A DNA stretch of 64,000 bases from an uncultured Microthrixaceae bacterium (lineage in GTDB: Bacteria; Actinomycetota; Acidimicrobiia; Acidimicrobiales; VFJN01). Positions 1 to 10,235 of the stretch are shown here, in pieces (the first letter of the stretch is position 1; the number at the start of each line of letters is the position of its first letter). Made by a program: the position numbers and the translations under genes. The notes under the pieces are model-generated. The model did no database searches. It was not told the origin of the DNA and worked only from the letters and a program-made list of their open reading frames with translations. The stretch spans positions 4,029 through 68,028 of the forward strand of contig CAVPEW010000047.1 in the NCBI GenBank assembly GCA_963703565.1, read 5' to 3'.

Positions 1-682
1 CGATGCGGCCACGGGCAAGGACGTGGACGCGGTCGGGGCGCAGCTCGTGCAGGAGCCGGTTGTAGTGGGTGATGGCCAGGACGCCCAACCCCGACTCCTC
101 GGTGGCCGCCTCGATGCGGCGGGCGCAGGCTCGCAACGCATCGACGTCGAGGCCCGAGTCGAGCTCGTCGAGAACAGCGAAGAGCGGACCCAGAACGGCC
201 AACTGGAGAGTCTCGTTCCGCTTGGCCTCGCCGCCGGACAGATCAACGTTGAGCGCACGGTGCCAGACCCTGTCGTCGAACCCGATGCGTCCCGCCTCTT
301 CGCTCAAACGACGATCGGCTTCGCCCGGGTCGCGCCCCGTGGCCTCGAACGCGGCCGCGATGACGTCGCGCAGGGCAACCCCGGGCACCTCGGTCGGGTA
401 CTGCAGCGCCAGGAAGAGGCCGGCTCGGGCCCGCTCCCAAGGCGCCAGGGCAAACAGGTCGGCTCCGTCCAGGCTCACCCGCCCTGCGAGCACCTCGTAA
501 CCGGGGCGGCCCATGAGCACGTGGGCCAGCGTCGACTTGCCCGACCCGTTGGGGCCCATCACGGCGTGCACCTCGCCCGAGCGGACCTCGAGGTCGATCC
601 CGAACAGGATCTGGCTCCCACCGGCGACCGACGCCTCGAGGCCCTCGATGGCAAGGACGTGGTTCGGCCCGGCAGCGCTCAC
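1..682 (-). CDS. sufC: Fe-S cluster assembly ABC ATPase SufC (3' end runs off the window)
   Basis: Translated by hand from GTG 682: HAVMGPNGSGKSTL (Walker A), LALQYPTEVPGV, LNVDLSGGEAKRNE, LDELDSGLDVDALR; GTGA overlap with the Rieske stop; suf context. Confidence 0.93.
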   Translation of the reverse strand, partial: MSAAGPNHVLAIEGLEASVAGGSQILFGIDLEVRSGEVHAVMGPNGSGKSTLAHVLMGRPGYEVLAGRVSLDGADLFALAPWERARAGLFLALQYPTEVPGVALRDVIAAAFEATGRDPGEADRRLSEEAGRIGFDDRVWHRALNVDLSGGEAKRNETLQLAVLGPLFAVLDELDSGLDVDALRACARRIEAATEESGLGVLAITHYNRLLHELRPDRVHVLARGRI

Positions 683-993
683 GGGCCCACCACCTGCACC
701 TCCACCTGCCCGTCGACGACCTTGACCTCGTGGACCCGAACGGGCCGCGTCGCCGGCAACGAGCAGGGCGCCCCGGACTCCAGCGAGAAGGCGCTGCCGT
801 GCTTGTAGCACTCCAGGGTTCGCTCGGCGACGTCGACCTCTCCCTCCGACAGCGACACGTCCTGGTGCGAGCAGCGGTCGTCGAGGGCGTACACGTCGTC
901 ATCGACGCGAACCAGGGCCAGTGCCCGCCCGTCGACCACGACCTTTCGGGCCGTGCCGGGGGTCAGGTCGTCGAGCGCGCACACCCGGCTCAT
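679..993 (-). CDS. Rieske [2Fe-2S] ferredoxin
   Basis: MSRVCALDDL...DRCSHQDVSL...ECYKHGSAFSL; CxH and CxxH Rieske motifs; typical position in actinobacterial suf operons. Confidence 0.92.
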   Translation of the reverse strand: MSRVCALDDLTPGTARKVVVDGRALALVRVDDDVYALDDRCSHQDVSLSEGEVDVAERTLECYKHGSAFSLESGAPCSLPATRPVRVHEVKVVDGQVEVQVVGP

Positions 994-2229
994 GAGAGAC
1001 CTCCGTCCAGCTTGGTGGCGACCCGGCGCCGCAGGCCGGCTCGCCACTGCTGGGCCGGAAGGCGCTCGAGCACCTCGTCGAAGAACCCGGTCACGATCAG
1101 GCGCTCGGCCACCCGGGGCGGCACCCCCCGGCTCTCCAGGTAGAAGCGCTGCTCGGGATCGATCGGCCCCACCGTGGAAGCGTGCGCGCAGCGCACGTCG
1201 TTGTTCTCGATGGCCAGGTTGGGCACGGACTCGGCCCAGGCATGGTCCGAGAGCTTCAGGTTCCGGTTGGTCTGCACCGCGTCGGTACCTCGAGCCACCT
1301 TGTCGACCCGGATCAGGCCCGTGTAGACGGAACGGCTCGACTCGGCCAGGGCGCCCTTGAACAGCAGTTCGCTGGTGGTGTCGGGCGCCAGGTGCTCCTG
1401 CACGGTGCGGAAGTCGAGCATCTGGTGGCCGTCTCCGAAGTAGGCCGCCAGCAGCCGCCCCGTGGCCCCGCGCCCGACGAGACGGCACTCCGTGCGGACC
1501 CGGGCGTAGTCGCCTCCGAAGGCGGCCGTTCCCACCACCACCGTGGCGTCGCGCTCGACCTGGGCCACCAGGCGCGCCAGCGACCACGCCACCGGAGCGA
1601 GGTCCTGGACGACCAGGTGGTCGAGAAGCGCCCCGGCACCGACGGCGAGCTCGGTCACCGGCACGGTGAGGCCGTCGGCGCCGCCTTCGTGGTGCTCGAC
1701 GACGGTCACCCGGGCGCCCTCGCCGACGCGCACGACCAGACGCGGGAACGTGGCCGATGCCTCGGCCGGCCCGCGCACCCGTACCACGACCGGGTCGGCC
1801 ACCACCACGCCCGGCGCGACGTCGACCACCACGGGGTCGTCGCAGAAGGCATCGGCGAGCTTGCCGAACACGTCCACGTCGCTGCCTTCGACCGCGGTTC
1901 CGGCCACCGCCCCGAGAACGGCCTCGCCCGGATCCAACTGCGCGGCACGCCGCACGGTCACTCCGACGGAATCTGCACCGGTGATGGCGACGTCGCTGCG
2001 ACCGGGGCCAACGCGGTCGAGATCGAGCCTCGGCGATCCGGCTGTAGCGCCACACCTCCTCATCGGTCGAGGGAAGCACCGCCCCCTCTGCGCGCTCGGC
2101 CGCCGCGACGCGCCACGCTCGCAACCAGGCAGGGCCGTCCAGCGCGGCGGCGGAGGCAGGGGTCAGCTGGCGCAGATCGGTCTCCGGGGGCGGTCGCGGA
2201 AGCGGGGGCCGACTGCCCCGGAGGGTCAA
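990..2229 (-). CDS. sufD: Fe-S cluster assembly protein SufD, +1 frameshift at ~2025-2031
   Basis: N-terminal LPSTDEEVWRYSRI in one frame; C-terminal SufD body (PNLAIENNDVRCAHASTVG, FYLESRG) in another; removing one base of GAGCCTC joins them; start approximate. Confidence 0.88.
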
Positions 2230-2275
2230 GGCTACCGGCGAGGGCGCCAGGTCCCCAAAGGCGGGGGAGGTCGTT

Positions 2276-2626
2276 TCAGCGTCGCCGACGGAAGATCCGG
2301 CGGAACCGGCCCCGCTCGGACCGTGCCTGCTCGGCGGCGACCTCCGCGAGCACCTGAGCGCCGATCGCGTTCAGGTGGTCCTCGGCCTCGTCGAGCACCG
2401 CGGCGACCGACCCGTCGCCACGGTCGAGGGCGTCGGGCTCTTCGGGGGTGGCGGGCGTCACCAGGCTCCCGTGGCTCCAGTTCACGTCAGCCAGCCGACG
2501 AGCGAAGCTGGCGCACTCGGCGGGGCAACGCCAAGGTGCCTCGGGCGCCAGGTCGAGGTCGCACTTCCGCACCGTCTCGCCGTTGCGGTAGGTGCGGCTC
2601 TCGAAGTGCTTGCAGTCCTGACGCAT
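2276..2626 (-). CDS. Small 4-Cys hypothetical protein inside the suf operon
   Basis: MRQDCKHFESRTY...RKCDLDLAPEAPWRCPAEC; C-x16-C-x11-C-x3-C; co-oriented between sufB and sufD; alternative GTG start at 2632. Confidence 0.75.
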   Translation of the reverse strand: MRQDCKHFESRTYRNGETVRKCDLDLAPEAPWRCPAECASFARRLADVNWSHGSLVTPATPEEPDALDRGDGSVAAVLDEAEDHLNAIGAQVLAEVAAEQARSERGRFRRIFRRRR

Positions 2627-2678
2627 CGGCACGGCGCCAGTCTGGCCCACGCCGGCCCAGCCGCGCAGGCACCGGCGC

Positions 2679-4076
2679 TCAGCCGACGCTGCCCTCCATC
2701 TGCAACTCGATGAGCCGGCTCCACTCGACGGCGTACTCCATCGGCAGGGTGCGGGTCACGGGCTCGATGAAGCCGTTGACCACCATCCCCATCGCCTGCT
2801 CCTCGGACAGCCCACGGCTCATCAGGTAGAAGAGCTGCTCGTCGGCGACCTTCGACACCGTCGCCTCGTGGCCGACCACCGCGTCGCGCTCCCCGACCTC
2901 CATGTAGGGGAACGTGTCGCTGGTGGAGTGCTCGTCGAGGATCAGCGCGTCGCACTGGACGTGGCTGCGGCAGCCGTAGGCATCGTCCTCGATCCGCACC
3001 AGGCCCCGATAGGAAGTTCGTCCGCCGTCCTTGGAGATGGACTTGGAGACGATCTTGGAGGTGGTCTCGGGTGCAGCGTGCACCATCTTGGCACCCGCGT
3101 CCTGGTGCTGGCCGGGCCCGGCGTAGGCGACCGAGAGCACCTCGCCCGAGGCCTTCGGTCCGACCATGTAGACCGCCGGGTACTTCATCGTCAGCCTGCT
3201 GCCGATGTTGCCGTCGATCCACTCCATGTGGCCCTCGGCCTCGACCCGCGCCCGCTTGGTGACCAGGTTGAACACGTTGTTCGACCAGTTCTGGATCGTC
3301 GTGTAGGTGACACGTGCCGAGGGCTTGACGACGATCTCGACCACGGCCGAGTGCAGCGAGTCGGTGGTGTACACCGGTGCCGAGCAGCCCTCGATGTAGT
3401 GCACCTTGGAGCCCTCGTCGGCGATGATCAGCGTCCGCTCGAACTGGCCCATGTTCTCGGCGTTGATGCGGAAGTACGCCTGCAGCGGCATCTCCACCTC
3501 GACGCCCGGGGGGACGTAGATGAACGAACCACCTGACCAGACCGACGAGTTGAGCGCCGAGAACTTGTTGTCGTTGGGCGGGATGACCTTGGCCCAGTGC
3601 TGCCGGACCAGCTCCGGGTACTCGCGCAAGGCGGTGTCCATGTCGCAGAAGATCACGCCCTGGCGCTCGAGGTCCTCGCGGTTGCGGTGGAACACGACCT
3701 CGGACTCGTACTGGGCGGTCACCCCGGCGAGGTACTTGCGCTCCGCCTCGGGTATGCCCAACTTCTCGTAGGTGGCCTTGATGGCATCGGGCAGGTCGTC
3801 CCACTCGTCGACCTGCGAGCTCGTGGGCTTTATGTAGTAGTAGATGTCGTCGAGGTAGATCTCCGACATGTCGCCGCCCCAGGTGGGCATGGGCCGCCGC
3901 TCGAAGTGGCGAAGCGACTTGAGCCGGAAGTCGAGCATCCACTCGGGCTCGCCCTTCATCCAGGACATCTCTCGCACGATCTCGGGCGAGAGTCCCCTCT
4001 TCGGCTTGAAGACGTAGTCCTCGGCATCGCTCCAGCCGAGCTTGTAGCGGGACAGGTCGAGATCGGTGACGGCCAT
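2679..4076 (-). CDS. sufB: Fe-S cluster assembly protein SufB
   Basis: [53 protein letters not shown]; AGGAG RBS. Confidence 0.97.
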   Translation of the reverse strand: MAVTDLDLSRYKLGWSDAEDYVFKPKRGLSPEIVREMSWMKGEPEWMLDFRLKSLRHFERRPMPTWGGDMSEIYLDDIYYYIKPTSSQVDEWDDLPDAIKATYEKLGIPEAERKYLAGVTAQYESEVVFHRNREDLERQGVIFCDMDTALREYPELVRQHWAKVIPPNDNKFSALNSSVWSGGSFIYVPPGVEVEMPLQAYFRINAENMGQFERTLIIADEGSKVHYIEGCSAPVYTTDSLHSAVVEIVVKPSARVTYTTIQNWSNNVFNLVTKRARVEAEGHMEWIDGNIGSRLTMKYPAVYMVGPKASGEVLSVAYAGPGQHQDAGAKMVHAAPETTSKIVSKSISKDGGRTSYRGLVRIEDDAYGCRSHVQCDALILDEHSTSDTFPYMEVGERDAVVGHEATVSKVADEQLFYLMSRGLSEEQAMGMVVNGFIEPVTRTLPMEYAVEWSRLIELQMEGSVG

Positions 4077-4168
4077 ACAGCGCTCCTGGCGAGAGGGGGA
4101 TTTCTCCTACGGTGATGGTAACAATCCCGACGGGGCGATCCCACACGTCGCGGGCGAGACTGACGTCC

Positions 4169-4825
4169 ATGGCCCCCCGCTCCTTCCTTGTCCCAGAGGC
4201 GATCGCCGACTACCTCGACGCCCACTGCGAACCGCCTGACCGGGTCGTGCGCGCCCTGATGGAGCGCACCGACGAGCTGGGCGAACCGGCCGAGATGCGC
4301 ATCGGGGTCGACCAGGCCCGCCTGCTGACGACCCTCGTTCGCTTCGGCGACGTGCACCGCGCGCTCGAAGTCGGCACCTTCACGGGGATGTCGGCGTTGG
4401 CCATCGCCCGCGGCCTGCGGCCCGGTGGACGACTCCTGTGCTGCGATGTCGACGAGGCCTGGACATCCATGGCCCGCGAAGCCTGGAGCGCTGCCGGCGT
4501 CGCCGACCTCATCGATCTGCGGCTCGCGCCCGCCGCCGAGACCCTCGTCGCCCTCCATCCCGACGAGGCCTTCGACTTCGCCTTCCTCGACGCCGACAAG
4601 GTCGGCTACCCGGCCTACTTCGAGCTCATCGTGGATCGCATGCGCCCTGGCGGCCTGCTGGTGGCCGACAACACGCTGCAGGGGGGCAGGGTGGCCGACC
4701 TCTCCGACGACAGCGATGCCGTGAGAGCCGTTCGCGCCTTCAACGACCTCGCCCGCCGCGACCCCCGCGTCGACACGGTCATGCTCGCCGTCGCCGACGG
4801 GCTCACAGTGTGCCAACGCGTCTGA
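4169..4825 (+). CDS. SAM-dependent O-methyltransferase (caffeoyl-CoA OMT-like)
   Basis: LEVGTFTGMSAL, FDFAFLDADK, GGLLVADNTL, DGLT motifs. Confidence 0.9.
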   Translation: MAPRSFLVPEAIADYLDAHCEPPDRVVRALMERTDELGEPAEMRIGVDQARLLTTLVRFGDVHRALEVGTFTGMSALAIARGLRPGGRLLCCDVDEAWTSMAREAWSAAGVADLIDLRLAPAAETLVALHPDEAFDFAFLDADKVGYPAYFELIVDRMRPGGLLVADNTLQGGRVADLSDDSDAVRAVRAFNDLARRDPRVDTVMLAVADGLTVCQRV

Positions 4826-4851
4826 CACCGCGATCGGGTGCGCTGCAGCGC

Positions 4852-4877
4852 TTCAGGGATCGACTCGGGCTGCCGAT
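4852..4877 (+). promoter_or_regulatory. Putative FliA/WhiG (sigma-28 type) promoter
   Basis: TTCA-N16-GCCGAT, 21 nt before the GTG at 4899, which has a GGAGG RBS. Confidence 0.4.
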
Positions 4878-4898
4878 GCAGTGGGCCAGGAGGCCCAG

Positions 4899-7259
4899 GT
4901 GCGATTCGACGAGCTCGTCCTCAAGTCGCCGGACGGGGAGCTGCGACTGCGGTTCAACCCCCGGCTCACCGTGCTGTCGGGCTTCGCGCCGGCCGAGCGG
5001 AGGGAACTCGTCGAGGGGATCCTCGGCGCGCTCGAGGCCCGGCCCGGCTGCGAGCTACGGGCCGAGGCGACCGGGACGCTCGGCATGGTGCGCCCCGACG
5101 GAGCCGACGCTGTGCTGCGCGCCGACTCGCCAGGCGGACCAGCCCTCCCGCTCGCCCCCCTGGCAGCCCTTCGCGCCAGCATCAACACGGGCAGCCCGCG
5201 GGCCAAGACACGCGAGGCCCGTGCCGACGATCCCCCCGAGCTGACCGAGGCTCGCGCCGCTCTCGCCGAGCTCGAGGTCGAGCTGCAAGCGGCGCGAGCC
5301 AACGAAGCCGAGCGCGAACAACTCCAAGCCGAGCTGGCCAAGGTCGCGGACCTGATCCGGCGGGCCGTCAGCGACCGGGAGCGCCGGGCCTACGCGCGGA
5401 CCCTCGCCAAGCTCGAGGCCGCTCGCGCCGAGGCGGCTTCGCAGGCCTCTGGGGCCGAAGGAGCACGCGCGGACGAGGCCCTGCTCGCCGGAGCCGAGGC
5501 GGTGCTGATCGCGGAGAGGGCATGGGGAGAGCAGGCCACCCGCCTCGACCAGCTGCGTCGGGACCTGGGCAGCGCCGAGCACCTCGACGCCGATGCCGCC
5601 CGACGAGTCGCCACCACCCCACCTGGCCCGCCAGCCGAGCTCGACGAGGTGCTCGGCGCGCTCATCGACGCCAGCACCCGCCACGAGATGCTCGAAGCGC
5701 GGCTGCAGGACCTCGCAGTGGCCCGACTGCCCGAACCGTCCCATCCGCTCGTCGTCGACCTAGCCCACCTCGAGCAGGAACGGCTGTGGAGCGCGCTCGA
5801 TCGCTGCGCGACCGCAGCCTCCGAGCTCGAAGCGGCACGTCTCGAGCTGGGAGGGATCGGAGCGAGCGACCTCGAGCGTGCCACCGGAAGCGCCGTGGCC
5901 GACCTCGAAGCAGCACACGGCGCAGTGGACCGGGCCGAGGCCGCCGCCGAGGCGATCCGGCCCCGGGTGCTGCGGGTGCTGCTGGCGGCGATCGCGGTGG
6001 CCGCCGCCGGATTGCTCCTCGCCCCCGTGCTGGCACTGGTTGCGCTGGCCGTGGCGCTTGCGGCGGCCACCGCGGGCCTCGCCCGTCCTGCGCTGGCCGT
6101 GCGCCGAGCCCGTGCGGAAGAGACAGCCGTGCTCGAGGAGACAGGCGTCACGAGCTATCTGGGGTTCCACCTCCGGCGTGTCGAGGCCACGCTCGAGCCA
6201 GCTCGCCGGTCCCGCCTGGACCTGGCCGCCGGGCAGGCACGGCTGGCCCGGCAAGCCTGGGTAGACCTGGTGGGCGACGGCGTGGAGCTCGACAAGGCAC
6301 GCACCCTCGAGGCCGAGGTTCGCGCCTACCGGCAGGCACTCGACCAGCTCGGCGACGCGGCCGGCCAGCTCCAACGCCTGCGGGCAGAACTGTCAGGCGG
6401 CGCCGCTCCCGCTCTCGGAGCAGCCCGAGACCGGCTGGCCGAGCTGTGCGGTCGCTACGGCGTGGACCAGGCTGCGCTTGCCGATGCCGACCCCGTACTG
6501 TTGCGGCGCCTGTTCGACCACCAGGTTGCGCTGGGCCGCCAGGCCCGGGCCCAGGTCGCTCTGGAGGAGGTCGAACGAGCCGAAGCGACCACAGGAGCCG
6601 AGCTCGACCGGCTGCTGGACGAATGCGGGATCTCCGGCGGGGCCCGAGCCGACCGCCTGTCGCGCTGGAGGGACGAGGTGGGACGCGCAGGTGAGCGCCA
6701 CCAGGCCCGGCGACGGGCACGCGACCCTGAGGTCGTGGTGGCCGAACTGACCCGCCTGGAGGAGCAGGCAGCTCGCCTGCACCGCTCCGAGTGGGCCGAC
6801 GTGGTCCCCAACGACGGTCCCGAACCGGACATCGATCAGCTCGAGGCGCGGCGAAGCGAGCTGGCCGCGGCGCTTCGGGCCACCAGCAGCTCGGACCACT
6901 CCCTGGCGCGGCTCACAGACCGGCGATCGGCAGTCGAGCGCAGGGTCGCCGCTCTCGAGGCCCGCCTCGACCGGGGAGCCGACCGCGTCGACCGCGCCGG
7001 CGAGGTCGCCGCCCACCTCAACGAGCTGCTCGCCGCCGCCCAGCACGCCGGGTCCGACGGCGGTCCCGTGCCGCTCGTGCTCGACGACCCGCTCGCCGAC
7101 GTGCCCGCTGAGCGCAAGTGGGACCTGCTCGACCACCTGGCCCGCCACGCCGGTGACCAGCAGGTCGTGTACCTCTGCGACGACGCGTTCGTGGCGGCCT
7201 GGGCACGCAGCCGTGTCGATCCGGCGAGCCTGGCCCTCTTCGAGCCCGAACCGGCCTGA
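4899..7259 (+). CDS. SMC/YhaN-like long coiled-coil protein with central transmembrane hairpin and degenerate ATPase head
   Basis: N-terminal LRFNPRLTVLSGFAPAERR (Walker A position without GKS); long coiled coils; hydrophobic LLAAIAVAAAGLLLAPVLALVALAVALAAA; C-terminal PLVLDDPLADV...QQVVYL (Walker B region). Confidence 0.7.
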   Translation: MRFDELVLKSPDGELRLRFNPRLTVLSGFAPAERRELVEGILGALEARPGCELRAEATGTLGMVRPDGADAVLRADSPGGPALPLAPLAALRASINTGSPRAKTREARADDPPELTEARAALAELEVELQAARANEAEREQLQAELAKVADLIRRAVSDRERRAYARTLAKLEAARAEAASQASGAEGARADEALLAGAEAVLIAERAWGEQATRLDQLRRDLGSAEHLDADAARRVATTPPGPPAELDEVLGALIDASTRHEMLEARLQDLAVARLPEPSHPLVVDLAHLEQERLWSALDRCATAASELEAARLELGGIGASDLERATGSAVADLEAAHGAVDRAEAAAEAIRPRVLRVLLAAIAVAAAGLLLAPVLALVALAVALAAATAGLARPALAVRRARAEETAVLEETGVTSYLGFHLRRVEATLEPARRSRLDLAAGQARLARQAWVDLVGDGVELDKARTLEAEVRAYRQALDQLGDAAGQLQRLRAELSGGAAPALGAARDRLAELCGRYGVDQAALADADPVLLRRLFDHQVALGRQARAQVALEEVERAEATTGAELDRLLDECGISGGARADRLSRWRDEVGRAGERHQARRRARDPEVVVAELTRLEEQAARLHRSEWADVVPNDGPEPDIDQLEARRSELAAALRATSSSDHSLARLTDRRSAVERRVAALEARLDRGADRVDRAGEVAAHLNELLAAAQHAGSDGGPVPLVLDDPLADVPAERKWDLLDHLARHAGDQQVVYLCDDAFVAAWARSRVDPASLALFEPEPA

Positions 7260-7302
7260 GACCTCCGCCGCCGCCTGCGGTGGCGCACGGGCCCGGAACC
7301 GG

Positions 7303-7824
7303 TCAGGAGATCCGGCGCAGCTTGTCGCGGTAGGTCCGGCCCCGTTCGAGGTAGGCGTCCACGCCGGTGCGGATGTGCAGCTCAGGGTCGACAGAGTCGG
7401 GACGCAGCCGCGCCGGGCAACCCAGCGCCATGGCGCCCGAGGGAACCACCATGCCCCCGGGCACGAGGGCGTTGGCACCCACGAGCGCTCCCGTCTCGAC
7501 CACGGCCAGGTGCAGGACCACCGAGCCCGATCCGACCAGGGCGCCGTCGTGGATGGTGCACCCCTCGAGGTGGGCGTTGTGGCCGACGACGCAGTCCGAG
7601 CCGACCCGAGTGGGGGCGAACGGCGTCGTGTGGACCACCGTTCCGTCCTGGACCGAGGTTCGCGCCCCGACCACGATGCCACCGTCGTCGCCACGCAGCA
7701 CGGCGCAGGGCCACACGGAAGCCTCGGGTCCGAGGGTCACGTCACCGATCACCACCGCGTCGGGGTGCACATAGGCGGTGGGATCTATGCGGGGTTCGTG
7801 GTCCCCGAGGGCGTAGATCGGCAT
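7303..7824 (-). CDS. Gamma carbonic anhydrase family protein
   Basis: MPIYALGDHEPRIDPTAYVHPDAVVIGDV, LRGD, QDGTVVH, VGHNAHLEGC hexapeptide repeats. Confidence 0.92.
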   Translation of the reverse strand: MPIYALGDHEPRIDPTAYVHPDAVVIGDVTLGPEASVWPCAVLRGDDGGIVVGARTSVQDGTVVHTTPFAPTRVGSDCVVGHNAHLEGCTIHDGALVGSGSVVLHLAVVETGALVGANALVPGGMVVPSGAMALGCPARLRPDSVDPELHIRTGVDAYLERGRTYRDKLRRIS

Positions 7825-7829
7825 CGTCG

Positions 7830-8315
7830 CTAGGCCAGCCGGGCGTAGCCGCCCCGGTAGAACACGAGCGGGTCCGTCTCCGCTGCCACCTGGAGCTCGC
7901 GCACCCGCCCCAGGGCCAGCTCGTGGTCGCCGGCGTCGACCACCGAATCGAGGTCGCAGTCGATCCAGGCCACGACGCCCTCGAGCAGTGGGGCGCCGGT
8001 GCCGCCGTGGCGCCACCCCACCCCGGCGAACTTGTCGACGCCTGGGCTGGCGAACACGCGGCTGACGTCCTCCTGGTCCTGGGCCAACACGTTCACGCAG
8101 AACGCCCCGGCGGCGCGAATGTTCGGCCACGTCGACGAGGCCTTCCCGGCGAAGAACCCCACCAGCGGCGGGTCCAGGCTCACCGAGGCGAACGATCCGA
8201 CGGCCATGCCGACCGGGCCCTGGTCGCAGTGGGCCGTGACCACCGTGACCCCGGTCGGGAAGTGGCCAAGGACCTGCCGGAACGTGGCGGAGTCGAACGA
8301 GGATTCCTGCGGCAC
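7830..8315 (-). CDS. Flavin reductase family protein
   Basis: FRQVLGHFPTGVTVVT, SVSLDPPLV, AGDH, PLVFYRGGY. Confidence 0.92.
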   Translation of the reverse strand: MPQESSFDSATFRQVLGHFPTGVTVVTAHCDQGPVGMAVGSFASVSLDPPLVGFFAGKASSTWPNIRAAGAFCVNVLAQDQEDVSRVFASPGVDKFAGVGWRHGGTGAPLLEGVVAWIDCDLDSVVDAGDHELALGRVRELQVAAETDPLVFYRGGYARLA

Positions 8316-8366
8316 GGCCGGGCACCGTAGCAACGGCACAGGGGTCACGCCCCGACCGGGCTGGCC

Positions 8367-9212
8367 TCAGCCTCCGAGCGAGAGGTGGGTCCCCTCCTGG
8401 GCAGCGAGGATCTCACCGATGTGGGCCGCGTCGGGAAGCTCGCGCGCCCGATCGGTGAGCGCCTCCACGGTGGCGTCGTCGTGGCCTGGATCGTGGTGGA
8501 ACAGCGCCAGACGGCCCACCCCCGCCCGAGCGGCCACGAACACGGCGAAGTCGACCGTGCAGTGGCCCCAGTCGGACTTGGCCGCGAACTCGTCGGCGGA
8601 GAACTGCGCATCGTGGATCAGCAGATCGACGCCGTCGCAAAGCTCGAGCACGTCGTCGGTCACGGAGTGGTGCCCGTCCGAGGGCATCTGGTGATCGGGC
8701 AGGTAAGCCACCGACGCTCCACCCATCTCCACCCGATAGCCGTTGGTCGGACCGATGTGGGGCACGGGGCGGGCCCGGACCTTGGCGCCGTCGAGCACGC
8801 GGTCCTCGCACCAGATGTCCTCGATGCGGATGTCGCCGGCCAGGTCGCTGACACCGACCGGGAAGAACGGCGGCCGCAGGAACGTGTCGAACGAATCGGC
8901 CAGCGAGCCGCGCTCGTTCGGCGGCCCGTACACCGCCAAGCGGGACCCCGGCATCAGCACGGGCACGAAGAACGGCAGTCCCTGCACGTGATCCCAGTGG
9001 CAGTGCGTCACCAGCGCCGACCCCCGGAACGGCTCGCCACGCGCCATCAGCTCCTCGCCCCAGAACCTCAGCCCGGTGCCGAGGTCGAGGACGATGGGCT
9101 CGTGTGCCGGAGACTCCAGCGCCACGCAGGAGGTATTGGCCCCGAAGCGACGGTTGCCGTCGCTGGGGCAGGGCGTCGAGCCGCGAACCCCGAAGAAGCC
9201 GACGTCGAGCAG
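8367..9212 (-). CDS. MBL-fold metallo-hydrolase (PhnP/RNase Z-like), probable CTG start
   Basis: FFGVRGSTP...GANTSCV upstream of the tracked start; LDLGTG, THCHWDHVQGLPFF, LIHDAQF, WGHCT, LFHHDP; GGAGG before CTG at 9212. Confidence 0.88.
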   Translation of the reverse strand: MLDVGFFGVRGSTPCPSDGNRRFGANTSCVALESPAHEPIVLDLGTGLRFWGEELMARGEPFRGSALVTHCHWDHVQGLPFFVPVLMPGSRLAVYGPPNERGSLADSFDTFLRPPFFPVGVSDLAGDIRIEDIWCEDRVLDGAKVRARPVPHIGPTNGYRVEMGGASVAYLPDHQMPSDGHHSVTDDVLELCDGVDLLIHDAQFSADEFAAKSDWGHCTVDFAVFVAARAGVGRLALFHHDPGHDDATVEALTDRARELPDAAHIGEILAAQEGTHLSLGG

Positions 9213-9354
9213 AGCGACCCCCCTCCGGGTGACAGACGACGATGACGGTGGTCCCGGATCGAGTTCGGAACCCTACCCCTCCCGCGCCAGGGTTCCAGCC
9301 CAGGTGACCCTTGTCTCACCGAGGTGCCCGGTTCGCGTCATAGGTTCAGGTCCC

Positions 9355-10230
9355 ATGACCATCTCCGAAGGCTCAGTGACCGTCGGCGGGCTCGAGCTCG
9401 CCTACCTGGAGGCCGGCTCCGGGCCCCTCGCCGTGTGCCTCCACGGCTTCCCCGACTCGGCGTGGGGCTGGCGGATGCTGCTCCCCGCCCTGGCCGAAGC
9501 CGGCTTCAGAGCGGTGGCACCTTTCCAGCGCGGCTACGCACCCTCGGCGGTCCCCCCCGACGGGTGCTACCAGACCGCCAGGCTCGGCCTCGACGCCTGC
9601 GGCGTCCACGAGGCCCTGGGCGGCGACGGCGACGCCGTCGTGATCGGCCATGACTGGGGCGCCGCGGCCACCTACGTGGCCGCCAACCACGAGCCCGAGC
9701 GTTGGTGTCGAGTCGTGACCATGGCAGTGCCACCCGCGGCCGCGCTGGGTGAGACCTTCGCCTCCTACGACCAGCTCAGGAGGTCCTGGTACATGTTCTT
9801 CTTCCAGACTCCGCTGGCCGACGTGGTGGTCCCCCTCGACGACCTGGCCTTCATCGACCGCCTGTGGGCGGACTGGTCCCCGGGCTACGACGCCTCGCTC
9901 GATCTCCCCCACGTGAAGGACTGCCTGCGCGACCCGGCCAACCTGGCCGCCGCGCTCGGCTACTACCGAGCCGCGCTGTCCAACGTCGGGGTGGATCCCG
10001 CGCTCGACGACGTGCAGGCCGCCGGCAGCCGGCCCACCGAGCAGCCGAGCTTGTACCTGCACGGCGCCTCCGACGGCTGCATCGGCGTCGAGGTCGCCCG
10101 CCGTGCCGAGCCGGCCCTGTCCGCGCCCGGGTCCCGCCTCGAGATCGTCGAGGGAGCCGGCCACTTCCTGCACCTCGAGCTGCCCGAGGTCGTCAACGCG
10201 CTCGTGGTGGACTTCCTCACCCGGACCTGA
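9355..10230 (+). CDS. Alpha/beta hydrolase (epoxide hydrolase-like)
   Basis: CLHGFPD, IGHDWGA, SWYMFFFQ, GAGHFLHLE; TAGGTT -10 at 9341. Confidence 0.92.
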   Translation: MTISEGSVTVGGLELAYLEAGSGPLAVCLHGFPDSAWGWRMLLPALAEAGFRAVAPFQRGYAPSAVPPDGCYQTARLGLDACGVHEALGGDGDAVVIGHDWGAAATYVAANHEPERWCRVVTMAVPPAAALGETFASYDQLRRSWYMFFFQTPLADVVVPLDDLAFIDRLWADWSPGYDASLDLPHVKDCLRDPANLAAALGYYRAALSNVGVDPALDDVQAAGSRPTEQPSLYLHGASDGCIGVEVARRAEPALSAPGSRLEIVEGAGHFLHLELPEVVNALVVDFLTRT

Positions 10231-10235
10231 GCGCC

